DNA of 64,000 nt from Dictyostelium discoideum (Eukaryota), in assembly GCA_000004695.1 (NCBI GenBank), contig CM000150.2, positions 32,001 through 96,000 on the forward strand, written 5' to 3'. A program made the translations under genes and the position numbers. This document shows positions 1 through 12,127 of this stretch, piece after piece (position 1 is the stretch's first letter; the number at the start of each line of letters is the position of its first letter). A model generated the notes under the pieces. That model saw nothing but the letters and a program-made list of their open reading frames with translations. It was not told the DNA's origin and did not search any database.

Positions 1-237
1 TATTAATTCAATTGTACTATCAACACTCTCAAAGTCAGGTATTGATATTGTCAAGTTCAAATCTCACTCTACCCGTTCCGCTATGGCTTCTCTGCTGTTG
101 TCCAATAACGCTCCGTTCCACGTTGTAAAGAAGTTGGGTCGTTGGAAATCAAACGATACTGTAGATACTTTCTACGATAAAAGAATCATTGGTGAAAAAT
201 CTGGTGGTTTCTTAAATACTGTCGTCCAAATTTCATA
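1..237 (+). CDS. DIRS-1-type ORF2 (tyrosine recombinase) C-terminal fragment; 5' part lies outside the window (copy D1)
   Basis: Translation ...LSTLSKSGIDIVKFKSHSTRSAMASLLLSNN..VDTFYDKRIIGEKSGGFLNTVVQIS* is near-identical to the C-termini of the 1025-aa ORFs at 14105-17182 and 42542-45619. Confidence 0.8.
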
Positions 238-697
238 ATATATATATATATATGATAATATAAATTAAAAATTTAATTTATTAAATTATATTTTATATTA
301 AATATATATATATATATTAGTCCCATCCCACCCGCCCTTAGTCGGAATTCCATAAATCAAATTGTTTTAGTTTTTAGTGCCACTATTTATACGTTTTTAT
401 TTTCTTAAAAATTTCGCAAAACTCAAAAAAATAAGAGTTTTCGACCCTTCACAACTTTGTGCATAGTGTCGGTTCGGAATTTTTTAGTTTTTTCGACCTT
501 GCGCAATGATCGCGTCATTGTGCCGGTTCGAAATTTTTACTTTTCTTTCGAAAATTTTTTATTCTTCGAATGTTCTAGAACATTCTAAAAAATTATCTTA
601 AATATTTGGGAAATTCAAATAAATAAATGTTATTCATAATATATATATATATATTTAATATAAAATATAATTTAATAAATTAAATTTTTAAACTTTC
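238..697 (+). repeat. DIRS-1 right inverted terminal repeat region of copy D1
   Basis: Reverse complement of 13655-14104 and 42086-42541; contains the ITR core with the palindromic GAATGTTCTAGAACATTC block. Confidence 0.75.
568..585. promoter_or_regulatory. Heat-shock-element-like palindromic array (GAAtgTTCtaGAAcaTTC) inside the DIRS ITR; the same block recurs in every ITR copy in the window
   Basis: Perfect alternating nGAAn/nTTCn pentamers; DIRS-1 ITRs are reported to carry heat-shock promoter elements (established knowledge). Confidence 0.55.
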
Positions 698-2925
698 CAT
701 CTAACTTCCAAGTGAATGTCGCTCCATTCGGTACACCTGAAGGTATTACTGTATCATCCAACGTCAAGAACAATGATACTGACTTGTTGATTGTCGAAAA
801 GCGAATCAACGATAGCTTGAAACCTTTGCTTCTCATGTCAAGTATGTTATCATCTGATAGCTCCAATGTCGATGTAGAACTTATTAGTTACTTAACTCAG
901 AGTGCAATCGTCTTAGCCGTTAATGCTCAAGCATCGCTTAGTCGTGTCCGTCGTAAAAACATCGCTAAAGAAATCTATGGTTCTGAAGTACTCTTACCAA
1001 TTAAGATCAAGGATACACCAAAGATGTTTGATGAAACTGAAACTGAACGTGTAAGAAAGCTAGCCAAGTCAATCAGAAAGAACAACGAAGCTAAACAATC
1101 ATTGTTAAAATTGAATTATCATTCCAAGTCCAATGTCAAGAAATCAGTTAACTCAAGTGGTAATAACACTACAGGAAACAGTAGTAATAGTAAATCCAGT
1201 AGTGGGAGTAATGGCCGATCTAACAACTTCAATGGATCACCAAGTAATGTTGCATCAGGTAGCAACAATACCAAGTCTGCCAACGGTACCAACAACCGTT
1301 TTCAGAAGAACAAGAAGTAAACTTACCAGTATGTGGACGTCTGTTCCACCACAAACAAGTTTGGAAAGAATTGGGTCTTCCAAACTTTTGTCAAGAGGTC
1401 GTAAATGGATTAAAAGTCCATCTACTTCCAAATTTCAAGCCGATGCTAAACCCAATTCCGATTTCAATTCCAGAGGGTCCAAAATCAGATTGTATCACAA
1501 AGGAAGTACAAGACTTGTTATCAGACGATGCCATCGAACAAGTACTTCCAAACTGTTATTCAAAACGCGTTTTTTACTCCAACGTGTTTACGGTTCCAAA
1601 ACCTGGGACGAATCTACATCGTCCAGTTCTAGATTTAAAAAGGTTAAACACCTACATCAACAACCAATCATTCAAGAAGGAAGGAATCAAGAATCTACCA
1701 TCAATGGTCAAACAAGGTTATTACATGGTAAAACTCGATATCAAGAAAGCTTACCTCCACGTATTAGTAGATCCACAATACAGAGACTTATTCCGCTTCG
1801 TGTGGAAAGGTTCACATTACCGTTGGAAAACAATGCCGTTCGGGTTATCGACAGCTCCTCGTATCTTTACAATGCTGTTAAGACCTGTACTTTCTTGAAT
1901 ACCAGAGACTTATTCCGCTTCGTGTGGAAAGGTTCGCATTACCGTTGGAAAACAATGCCGTTCGGGTTATCAACAGCTCCTCGTATCTTTACAATGCTGT
2001 TAAGACCTTTACTTCGAATGTTGAGAGATATCAACGTATCCGTCATCGCATACTTGGACGATCTATTAATCGTCGGTTCAACAAAAGAAGAATGTATATC
2101 CAACCTCAAAAAGACAATTGACTTACTTGTCAAACTAGGCTTCAAGTTAAACCTAGAAAAGAGTGTTCTCGAACCAACTCAATCAATTACGTTTCTCGGG
2201 TTACAGATCGATTCGGTATCAATGAAGCTTCTTGTTCCCAAAGAAAAGAAAAAAAGTGTCATCAAGGAAATAAGAAACTTTTTAAAACTAGATTGTTGCT
2301 CCCCAAGAAAGCTTGCTGGTTTAAAAGGAAAGTTAATCGCACTGAAAGATGCAGTCATCCCATTCAGACTTTACACTCGTCGAACAAACAAGTTTTCATG
2401 GATTATCTTACACGTCTGTTCAAGCACAAACCTCCGTTAGCCTTCTCAACAATTAACGGTCATCGCTCTGTGTTGAATCAGTTGTTACTCCTTAGGAATC
2501 AAACTGATATTGTTAATGATCCATTCATCTCAAGAATTATGACTAATATTCACAAGTTGCGCCCTTCATCAGCAAAGTATAAAGAGATATGGGATGCAAA
2601 TCAAGTATTCAAGCACTTATCTACTATCAAAGTCATCCCTAAGTACACATACACTGCGCTATTAAACAAGACATTTGTACTCTGTAAAATGTTTGGTTTA
2701 GCAAGATCACCAGACTTGTTTAAGTGGTCGTTCAAAGGTCTCATTATTACTCCTGACTCAATCAAAGGTCCAGTTATTAATGCTAAAGAACAAAGAAATG
2801 GTGTTGTTTCAATCTTAGAATTAACATCGTTAGATGATACAAACTCTCAAGTATGCCCTGTTCGCCACCTTGCAACATACCTTAGAGCCTCTAAAGGAAG
2901 AAGAAAACCCCATTCGGGTGATTTG
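698..2925 (+). mobile_element. DIRS-1 copy D2, 5'-truncated and rearranged: ORF1 C-terminal half (712-1320), RT start (1371-1898), ~120-bp tandem duplication (about 1780-2010), internal deletion joining RT to the recombinase region near 2400, recombinase fragment to 2925
   Basis: ORF-track proteins match the intact DIRS ORFs piecewise. The duplicated block cagagacttattccgcttcgtgtggaaaggttc...gctgttaagacc occurs twice back-to-back. Confidence 0.8.
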
Positions 2926-3590
2926 TTTATATTATCATATATATATATATATTATGAATAACATTTATTTATTTGAATTTCCCAAATATCTAAGATAATT
3001 TTTTAGAATGTTATAGAACATTCGAAGAATAAAAAATTTTCCAAAGAAAAGTAAAAATTTCGAACCGGCACAATGACGCGATCATTGAGCAAGGTCGAAA
3101 AACATAAAAATTAAATTGAAACCTTTGATTTAAGAATGAAATCAATGGAAGATCAAATCAACAACCTTTCCTTAGCCTTTACAAGATTCATGAAAGAACC
3201 AATGTTCTATTCTAATAAAAATTCACGTAGCCAACCTTCTCATGATAACTCTGACACTGAGAATGAACAAAGTGAAGATGAATCAAGTAACAATTTCGAT
3301 GTTTCAACCGATTATCAATTATCCGATACCTTACTTGGTCAGTACAAACATATGGTAAACAATCAAGGTTTACTCGTAGAAGAAGAATGTATCCTCAAGA
3401 AAGATGAGATATCCGAATTGAATAAAGTATTCAACTTTCCATCTAACTTCCAAGTGAATGTCGCTCCATTTATTACACTTGAAGGTAATTCTGTATCATC
3501 CAACTTCAAAAACAATGATACTGACTTGTTGATTGTCGAAAAGAGAATCAATGATAGCTTGAAACCTTTGATTCTCTTTTTTTTATAAAT
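2926..3590 (+). mobile_element. DIRS-1 fragment D3: partial left ITR (about 2930-3105) plus ORF1 codons ~28-170 (3136-3588), inserted into the recombinase ORF of D2
   Basis: ttatattatcatatatat...gaatgttatagaacattc ITR start followed by MKSMEDQINNLSLAFTRF..., which is ORF1 from residue 28. Confidence 0.75.
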
Positions 3591-3839
3591 TTTTTGATAT
3601 TTATTAACAATTAAAATAAAAAATATATATAAAAATAAATAAAATAAAAGAATGATTTACATACTAAATTTTAATTCTACGATAAGTCTTAACAAATATT
3701 GTTTAATATTATATAAAATTTTTGTTTTAAATAATGCGTTTTATTAAAAAAAAAAAAAAAAAAAAACAAATTTCATTTTAATTTTAAATCTTATAATTTT
3801 TTTTTTTTTTTTATTATTTTTTTTCACTTGAAAAGGTGT

Positions 3840-5640
3840 AAACATAGAAGTAGAAGATATCATCTACTTTTCATATTAATTTAATATGAAGTTTTTAACT
3901 TGGAAAAATTAAATTTATTGAATATCAAAAAGAGCACCAAAATCAACAAGTTTTGTTTCATTTGATAAATCACTTCTGATTGTTTGGTATTTATTGACTA
4001 AATAGCCAATGACACACCACACATCGTGATGTCTTTCCAAAACTTTATCCATATCTATTGTATCGCTTTTAAATTTATATATAAGTGGTAGACTTGCTAT
4101 TTAAAATTGTTTAATTCTTGTAAATACGTTTTCTATAATTATTCTAATAGATTTTTGATTGTTATCTTTTTATTTTTGGTAATCAGTTCTTTGACCTGAT
4201 GGGATCGTAAATATATTTTTGAAATGTTTTGTTAAACCCCTGAATCTTTTGTCACCAAACACGGAATCAACATTTTCATCTAATGATTTAATAAATTCTA
4301 AATCTCTTTGAAATAAATTAATATCGTTTTTACAACCACCACTTGGGTACCCTATGTGTAATATTTTCCCACTATTAGGACAACAATAAACTAGTAGAGT
4401 TAAAGTTGATTTACATTTTTTACCACTGTATAACATATTTCTTAATTTTTCATTGGTGGGAATAGTTATTTGTTGTTCCGATCCATCCACCACCATTGTT
4501 ACTGTATATTGTTTAACACCATCATTATAGTCACAACTATTTGATTTATCTTTTCTATCATTAAATATTGATTGGAAATTATTAATTGCTAATTGTTTTG
4601 TATATATTATATATTCATCAACATATCTTTTTAAAGTTCTGGTATCAATATTAAAAAGAACTTCCATTATAACAGGTCATGTATAGTGGCGAAAATAAAT
4701 GCAATATAGTTTCTTTCGACCCCTTTTTTCACCATTTTTAACAACCAACTTTTCTAAAATGTAGTCATTGAAATTTTCGTATGATATTCCAATTAAAGAT
4801 AAAAATTTATCCTTTAATTTTTCAATGGATACATTTGTTAAAAATTGTCTTTTATTTTTATTTTTTTGTTTTGATATTTTTGGAATTACCTTTTGGTTTT
4901 CCTTGAACCAACTCTTGTTCATCCTCTTCTTCTTCTTCATCATTTTTTGATTTTGATCTTGTTTTAATTGGTTCTTTTTTATCTTTTGATTTTTCATCTT
5001 TTTCTTCTTTTTCTTTTTCTTTTTCTTTTTCTTTTGGGGAGAATCTTCTTATAATTGTCTCCATGGTTTGTGTATATTGTTTCAATTTTACTGGTGAATT
5101 TACATTTGATATTTGTTTTGTTTGTTGAGTCGATTCTATCTGTTGAATGGGTTCAATGTTTTCAATGGTTTCGATTGGTTGTTTGGACTGATTTTGATGT
5201 TTGAACTAGCTGTGATTCATCTTTGAAGAAATTTAGTTTTAATTCATTTGTTCTTTTTCTTTTCCACCTTTCTTCACTTGAGAGTGAACAATTATTCATA
5301 TTTTATTCAACAAAGTTCAATTTAAAAGTTAATTCTTCAACTTTTTTTGATAATTCTTCTATCTGTTTTTGTTTATCATTAAATTGTTCAATTGTTGGAA
5401 ATCTTTCAATTTCATTTTCATCTAGTTTAACATTTATACATTTATGAACATGTTCTTGAATTAATTCAATCGTTTTGGCTGAAAATTCAATTACACAATT
5501 ACATATAAAACATTCAGTTGTAAACTTTTTCATATTAAATTTTATATTGTAAAACAAAAAAAAAAATTTAACAAAAAAAAACAAATTTTTTTTTTTTTAT
5601 TTTTTTTTGTTTTTTTTTTTTGCGGAAATTTATGATATAT
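3840..5640 (-). mobile_element. Putative Harbinger/PIF-like DNA transposon remnant; boundaries approximate and no TIRs identified
   Basis: Contains the DDE_Tnp_4-like transposase pseudogene (see 4101-5533), flanked by homopolymer-rich AT sequence. Confidence 0.4.
4101..5533 (-). pseudogene. Harbinger/PIF-type (DDE_Tnp_4-like) transposase, disrupted. Catalytic core at 4170-4667. An in-frame TAA at 4170 is followed by the C-terminal '..RIIIENVFTRIKQF' motif (to about 4101). Upstream exon-like pieces at 4677-4997 and 5303-5533 (C2HC-like N-terminus).
   Basis: Motifs VVDGSEQQITIP, YSGKKCKSTLTLLVYCCPNSGKILHIGYPSGGCKNDINLF, VFGDKRFRGL and IENVFTRIK match the D..D..E layout of Harbinger transposases. 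An in-frame stop and frame breaks are present. Confidence 0.55.
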
Positions 5641-5698
5641 TTTTGTTCTTTTTCATTTCCATTAACAATAATATGTTTAAGTTTGATATTATTAATTA

Positions 5699-7884
5699 TT
5701 AATTCAGTCCCAAATAATTCATTATAATCATCATTAAATAAGTTGCTAAATGATTATATTGATTTGGTTTTAAGTTTCTAACAATTATTTGATTGATAAA
5801 ATCTGTGACTGATTTATTTTCTTTTACATGCAACTGATTATCTTCTTTCCTTTGTATATTGGATGACATATCTGGATTAGAAACAAATTTGGAATTGATT
5901 AGACACTTTCGGAGAACATTCGAGACAATTCTGACCATGATTTGAGCTTGACCATTACCATGATGGTGGTAAGGCAGACATGTATTGTGAGTAATATTGT
6001 TGACTTGAATACATTTCTTCCAAGGTGTTGATGTGAACAAAGTATCATTATACTCAACTTGATCAACAGTACAGGCATCCAACCCGGATATAAAGTCCAT
6101 ATTGATTTCCATAAAGCATCAGACAGGTAAATGAGATGGCAAGTATAATCCCATGTTCATCTGTGGCGCATAAACAAACATTGCAACTCTTGCAGTAAAA
6201 TAAGATATATTCCATCATTCCATACCAATAAAAATTTCTCTTGACTAATTCAGAAGTTTTACGATTACTCCAGTGTCCAGCAATAGCAGAATCATGATAA
6301 CTTGAAATGACTAACTGTATGACATCTTCAATCTTGATCCATTCGATACCATTCTGATATGTGATACTTAAACTTTTATACTGGTCGTTGATGGTTTCAG
6401 ATTTAATAAGTTTAGCTTCCAATTCATAACCTTTTAAAATTTCCTTAACGATCTTCATTTCATCAAGAATGATACCTGTATTAAAATAATTTTTATCACA
6501 AAAAGAATTTTTAAGAGAGTTAGTAATTTGAGAGAAGTCCATTTTACTTCGATCGAAGTTATGTGATAAATATTATTATTATAATGTGATCTGAAAGACC
6601 ATCAGCGGCTGAATTGGTGACGCCTTTGATGTATTCAAGTGTGACTTTTCAGGCATCAATCTTCTGCATCCATCTGTTGATTCTTTGATTTAACCCAAGG
6701 ACCCTTTGGTTTCTTAGGAATTAAATATTATTATGATGATTACCTTGAACCCAAAGATATTGAAGTGATGCATTTCTAATGATTTCACGAATAGGCTTCC
6801 TTTTCTAACACATTCAAGGTAGAATGGATACTTGGTATTTGGAAGGTTGAGACTTACCGCATTGGCTACAGCTGATTTAACTTGATCAAAAGCCAATTGC
6901 ACCTCAGTATCCCATGTGAAAGCAGAATTCTTCTTAGTGAGACGATAGAGTGGATCAGCTATAATGGCTAAATTTCGGATGAAATCCTTGCAATAATTAA
7001 CGGTTCCCATAAATTATCTAACGGTAGTCTTATCAATTGGTTCTGGCCACTCGACGATTTGACACGGATGAAGAGTTGTACTACATTACATTGAGGTTAT
7101 GATACTTGAGCTTATTGAATACCTGTGATAAATCTTGTTTATGTTGATCATAATAAAAAGATTTTGTTAGTACTAAAATATCATCGATATAGACCACGAC
7201 GAGTCCTCAATCGATTTCATCGGCCAATATTTGTTACATAAATCTTTGAAAAGTATACGGTGCATTCTTGGCACCGAATGGCATTCCCCTCCACTGGAAT
7301 GTACCAAAAGGTGTATGGAATGCTGTCTTTGACCGATCTCTAGGTTCTACTTGGATCTGGTGGAAACCATCGGCTAAATCGATCCTGGACATTAACTTTG
7401 CACCTTTGGTCTTCTGGATGAGTACCGTTGTATTTGGAAGTGGATAACTATCATAAATAGTAAAGTCATTTAATGAACGGTTATCGATGCACATTCACCA
7501 CTTACCATTTTTCTTCTTTGCGAATATCACTGGTGCACCGAATTCTGATTTGTTTCTTTCAATCCATAACTTCTTTAACCTTTCAGTAAGTTGATCTTTC
7601 AATTCTTGTTATATTGACAATAGTACTGGATAACATCTTGATTTTGGAACTTGTGCACCATATTTTAACTTCACTTCAAAATTGAAACCTTTCCGAGATG
7701 GCGGAACTTGGTCTAATGAATCGAAGACTTCCTTGTAGTTTCCCTTCAGATGTTTGATGATGAATTGATCTTGAACTTCTTTCCATTCTTGGTGTTTTAC
7801 TTCCACTACCTTGTATTTCTCTTGATTTGGCTGATGATTAACTTTGTGAACTTGGTACGTTGGTTGATGATTGAAGACCTCTTG
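5699..7884 (-). mobile_element. Ty3/gypsy-type LTR-retrotransposon pol fragment (Skipper/DGLT-like), degenerate: protease end and RT (7234-7806), RT thumb (6714-7010), integrase HHCC zinc finger and core (5699-6542); no LTRs in view
   Basis: Motifs VPPSRKGFNFEVKLKYGAQVPKSR.YPV, LMSRIDLADGFHQIQV, FGTFQWRGMPFGAKNAPYTFQRFM, HDSAIAGHW..C..C and an integrase core. Multiple stops and frameshifts. Confidence 0.7.
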
Positions 7885-7889
7885 ATCAT

Positions 7890-10049
7890 ATGAGCCAACA
7901 AAATTTAAATGAAAATTTTATAATTGATGAGAATAATAATAATTTAGAAAATGAAAATGAAAATGAAAATGAAAATAATTCATTTGAGGATATAGGAAAT
8001 ATATTAAACCAAAATGGACAAGAAAATGATGATATTGAAATTTTAAAAGAAAAAGAAAATGGAAATTTAGGAAAAGAATTAAATAATTATGAAATTGGAT
8101 TTTTAAAGTTGGGTTTAGAAAATGCTAAATCGTTAAAATTTATGCAACAAATTTTGGATTTTTTTAAAAACAATATAAATGCAATTAATGAAATTAGATA
8201 TACAACAAAGTATATGGATTCTATATTTTTAGCAAATTTACCTATCGATGGTCACTTTTTGAGTTACAAATATTATGAAGAGTCAATTTTTTATTATGAA
8301 ATTTGTTCAGTTGTAAAATTATTAATTGAAAAAAAAATTTTTTTAGAATATTTAGATTTCTCAAAAGACTATGAGCAAGGTATTTATAAAAATTATAAAT
8401 CTGGAGAACAATTCAAAAAAGTAAAAAATTCAATTTCAGATAAATTTATTTTATTAAGAATATTTAGTGACGGAATGAGTCATCAAGGTAGATCAGATTA
8501 TACTATAATGGTGGATTTTGAAAATTATAATGGTCCATTTTTTAAAAATAACAAAATTGTTTTATTTAGTGTTCCAAAAGAAAGGTTTCACAATATACAT
8601 CAAACAATTAAAAAATTATTTTCAGCGCAATTTAATAATAAATTAATAATTAAAGATAATAATGGAAATGATTATGAAATTATACCATATGGATTAACAA
8701 TGGATATACCAGAATTTAGATCATCTTGTAGGATTAACCATTATAATTGCAATGAGTTCTCATGTCATACATGTGATAAAGCAAGAGGTGTCGATTATTT
8801 ATTAAAAGAAGGAAATTATAGAAATCAAAAAGACATTATTGACTTTCACAATTCAAAACCAAATAAACAAGATTTTTTGAATCCTCAAAATAAAATTTTA
8901 AAATTAGAAACAGAACAAAAAATGAAAAAAATCGGCATTACAGATTATGACAGATCTTGGGTAGAAAATTTAAAAATAAATTATTTGTACTTACATACTG
9001 ATATTTTACACAAAATATTATTGGGTATTGTACAATGGGTTTTAAATTATATTTTCAAAAAATATAAGGATCAAATTACAATTTTTATAAAAAAATTAAA
9101 AGAAGCTAAAATCATTCCAGATCATTTACCACCATCAGAATCTTTATTTGGTGTAAAAACAAGAAAAGGTAGAGAGAATAGAAGCATATTATATTTTATT
9201 TTATTTTTTACTAAATCAAATGTATCAAATGATGATTCCTTATTATTAGAAGAAATGGTTCAGATTACTTTTTTATTATATCAAGATTCTTTCGACGAAG
9301 ATGATTTGGATAAAATAAATTATTTAGTTAAAAATTTTAATAAAAAAATATTTATGATAATACCAAATGAACCAATCAACTTTCACCTTTTATTACATTA
9401 TCCTTTATATATAAAAAATTGGGGTGCACCAAAATTTACATCAGCAGAGAGATTTGAAGCACAATTTAGTAAAATTAAAGACCTTTTGACAAACAATACA
9501 AACAACCAAGATCAACATAAATTTGAAAGAGTAACAAAAATATTAATGGCAACATTTTTAGATAATTTTAACAATCTAAAAGAAAAAGATGATGACAATA
9601 ATGATTTAATTTTAGGGCAAATAATTAAAAAAAATGAAAATATTTATTTAAAAAATAATATTTTATCAGACATTAACTTGCATTACAAAAACATTGAAAA
9701 TATTCAATTTCATAAATCAATTAAAAATTTAAAAGAAATATATAATGTTGGTGATGGAATTGAAGTTGCCTCAGAAAATTCATTAACTGGACGATGGAGT
9801 GCAATAATTATTGCTATTTGTTTAATAGAATTAAAAAATAAAAAAAGTGCACATTCTATTTATATACAATACTTTGATAAAGATATAGGTGATCAAAATA
9901 ATAAGTACCACTTTTTAAGAAAAAGCTTTTCAAGTATAGTATTTGATAACATAGTAAACACATTAATACCAATACAAATCGATTCGTCTAACTATCTTAT
10001 AATTTATAAGTGCCATGACCAATTTTCAATAAGTAAAAAAAAAAAATGA
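7890..10049 (+). CDS. Family-A transposase, N-terminally truncated (equals residues ~100-816 of the 31591-34041 copy)
   Basis: 719-aa ORF. Motifs IIPYGLTMDIPEF, HYNCNEFSCHTCDK, DILHKILLGIVQ, NFHLLLHYPLYIKNWGAPKFTSAERFEAQFSKIK and a C-terminal GDGIEVASENSLTGRWSAII...LIIYKCHD domain resemble the Transposase_21/DUF4218/DUF4216 blocks of CACTA TnpD. Confidence 0.7.
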   Translation: MSQQNLNENFIIDENNNNLENENENENENNSFEDIGNILNQNGQENDDIEILKEKENGNLGKELNNYEIGFLKLGLENAKSLKFMQQILDFFKNNINAINEIRYTTKYMDSIFLANLPIDGHFLSYKYYEESIFYYEICSVVKLLIEKKIFLEYLDFSKDYEQGIYKNYKSGEQFKKVKNSISDKFILLRIFSDGMSHQGRSDYTIMVDFENYNGPFFKNNKIVLFSVPKERFHNIHQTIKKLFSAQFNNKLIIKDNNGNDYEIIPYGLTMDIPEFRSSCRINHYNCNEFSCHTCDKARGVDYLLKEGNYRNQKDIIDFHNSKPNKQDFLNPQNKILKLETEQKMKKIGITDYDRSWVENLKINYLYLHTDILHKILLGIVQWVLNYIFKKYKDQITIFIKKLKEAKIIPDHLPPSESLFGVKTRKGRENRSILYFILFFTKSNVSNDDSLLLEEMVQITFLLYQDSFDEDDLDKINYLVKNFNKKIFMIIPNEPINFHLLLHYPLYIKNWGAPKFTSAERFEAQFSKIKDLLTNNTNNQDQHKFERVTKILMATFLDNFNNLKEKDDDNNDLILGQIIKKNENIYLKNNILSDINLHYKNIENIQFHKSIKNLKEIYNVGDGIEVASENSLTGRWSAIIIAICLIELKNKKSAHSIYIQYFDKDIGDQNNKYHFLRKSFSSIVFDNIVNTLIPIQIDSSNYLIIYKCHDQFSISKKKK

Positions 10050-10192
10050 AAAAAATTCGTTGAACTTATTTACATAACTTTTACATTTTTACGTAACTTT
10101 TTCTTTTTTTTTTTTCTTTTTTTCCAATTTTCTTTTTTTTCGGTTGGAAATTATAGGATTTTAAAAAAAATTAAAAAAATATTATAAAAAAA

Positions 10193-10482
10193 ATGACTCA
10201 CAATAATTCTACATCATTTGAAACACCAAATAGAAGTGGTAATTATGTAAATAGATCATCTTTAACTTCACCAACATCACCAATAACACCAATACCATCT
10301 CTTATTTTAAATCAAACTGATACCTCCATAGGTCCACAACGTACTGTTAGAAGACAACAAAGACCTCAAAGACCAAATGCAAGTCATCCACCAACAACAA
10401 ATATTGTAGAAAAAATATTGGTGTATGAAACATTGCACAGAAATTGTGTTTCTCAATACTATGCAACTGGTAAGGTAAGATA

Positions 10483-10530
<48 letters not shown>

Positions 10531-11179
10531 GACTAATTAAATTAAATAAACAAAAACAATACATAAGATTTCCTCTCGTTTTATTAGGACCTGTATATTA
10601 AATGCTGGCGGTACAAATTCAAATGAAAATAAAGTTGTTCTATCCAAATTGGTTAAATGGGTCAACAATAAACGTGGTAACACACGTATTAAAGCCCTAA
10701 ATACCCTTAGACTTTTAGTTAGAAATAAAGTAGAACAGTTCAGCGAGTTGCTCTCTCAGGTTCCAGCATTAATGGAGTATGAATCGGTATGTAAAAAAAA
10801 AAAAAAATAAAAAAATAAAAAAAAAAAAAAAAATAAAAAAAAAAATAAAAAAAAAAAAAAAAATAAATTATTAATAATTTGTTTTTTTAATTTTTTAATT
10901 ATTATTTAGATAACTCCTTTTGATTTGGCCACTCTTATTATCGATACAGTTACCTTAGAAGCTTTTGACTCCGATCCTTTTGTAAAGTTCTTAGTGTCTC
11001 AATGCTTTACAATTGAAGAAAAAGAATGGTACAGCGGTTCCAAACCTCTTATTTCTTTAATAGTTAAAGCATTGCGTGGTGTTTCTCAAAAGTTCATTGA
11101 CTCTCCTGATGAACTTACTTACACTGAAAAGGTTGCTTTTGAATTCACTTCAATACCTCTTTATGCTCCACTAAATTAA
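10193..11179 (+). CDS. Family-A second gene (accessory protein of unknown function), 3 exons: about 10193-10474, ~10568/10588-10786, ~10909-11179. Exact splice phases not resolved by hand.
   Basis: Exon 1 ends ...YYATGK followed by GTAAGA. AT-rich introns end in AG. All three exon translations are conserved in family B (39540-40243, and 61147-61900 reverse) while the introns are not. Confidence 0.5.
10488..10525. repeat. Poly(A) tract (~38 nt) inside intron 1 of the family-A second gene
   Basis: Homopolymer; the corresponding tract in copy 2 (34483-34541) is ~59 nt. Confidence 0.9.
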
Positions 11180-11340
11180 ATCGTTTAAATAAAAAAAATT
11201 AATATGATTTCACATACTCAACTTTAATTTTTTCTTTTTTTTTTAAATCTTTATTTAATTTTTATTTTAAATTTTTATTTTTAATTTTTATTTTTAAAGT
11301 GATATTATTAATATATCTTATTAAGTTAACTTTATAATAT

Positions 11341-11760
11341 AAATTTATAAATGCACTTTTAAATTGAATTTTATAAATATAATTAATAAGAATACTTAAT
11401 AAGTGTACTTATAAAGAGTACATTATAATTATAAATAGTAATTACGCTTAATAAGTATACTTAATAATAATACTTAATAATAATACTTAATAAGTATACT
11501 TATTAAGTATACTTATTAATTTTACTTAATATGTATACTTATTAATTTTACTTAATATGTATACTTAATAATTATACTTAATAAGTATACTAATTAATTA
11601 TACTTAATAATTATACTTAATAATTATACTTAATAAGTATACTTAATAAGTATACTTAATAAGTGTATTTAATAAGTATACTTAATAAGTATACTTTATA
11701 AGTATATTTAATAAGTATACTTAAAAAGTATACTTTATAACTATACTTATTAAGTACACT
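11341..11760. repeat. Tandem array of ~15-17-bp units (TACTTAATAAGTATA and variants): subterminal repeats of family A
   Basis: Visible periodic repetition; the same array is at 35341-35760 and related arrays flank family-B ends (30300-30480, 36400-36480, 40808-40920). Confidence 0.75.
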
Positions 11761-11825
11761 TTATAATAGTACTATTTACATTCCTACTTTAAAGATGCTT
11801 TTAAGTATTTTTTTTCGCCCCTGTG

Positions 11826-12127
11826 AAAGGTATAGACAGGGTCATAGGTTCCCCGTCATTTTTTGAAAATGGGGTATATCCCTCTAAATAAATAAATCTA
11901 AAGCTAAATCCTATATTGACTTGCTATATTGCTAAAATTTGAATAAAATGAAAAAAAAAAAAAAAAATCGTAAAAACTCGAGGAAAAAAAAAAAAAAAAT
12001 ATTATTTTTAATTTCCACCCAGCAAACAAAATGAATTTAAATAACATATCATGCATTAATTGCAGAGAAAAATTAAAGAATTTTAAAAATATTATTATTC
12101 ATTATTTTATGCATAAAAATATATGTC
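11826..12127 (+). mobile_element. Family-B 5' region plus first 32 codons of its transposase (ATG at 12031), truncated at 12128 by a MITE-like insertion
   Basis: 11826-12127 aligns with 36707-37010 (aaaggtatagacagggtcataggttccccgtc...atgaatttaaataacatatcatgcattaattgc). Confidence 0.6.

Larger units (their letters stand above)
7885..11825 (+). mobile_element. CACTA/EnSpm-like DNA transposon, family A, copy 1, 5'-truncated at about 7885 (abuts the gypsy fragment); right terminus ...TTTCGCCCCTGTG at 11825
   Basis: Near-identical to 31875-35829 (same two genes, same tandem array and terminus). Confidence 0.65.

Noticed and set aside
238-697. CRISPR-like regularity from the many repeated ITR blocks and short tandem arrays
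   Set aside because: Repeats are transposon ITRs and subterminal arrays in a eukaryotic, intron-containing context; there is no repeat-spacer architecture.
4768-4950. Plus-strand 60-aa ORF MKFSYDIPIKDKNLSF...
   Set aside because: Low-complexity antisense frame of the Harbinger-like transposase N-terminal region; no supporting features.
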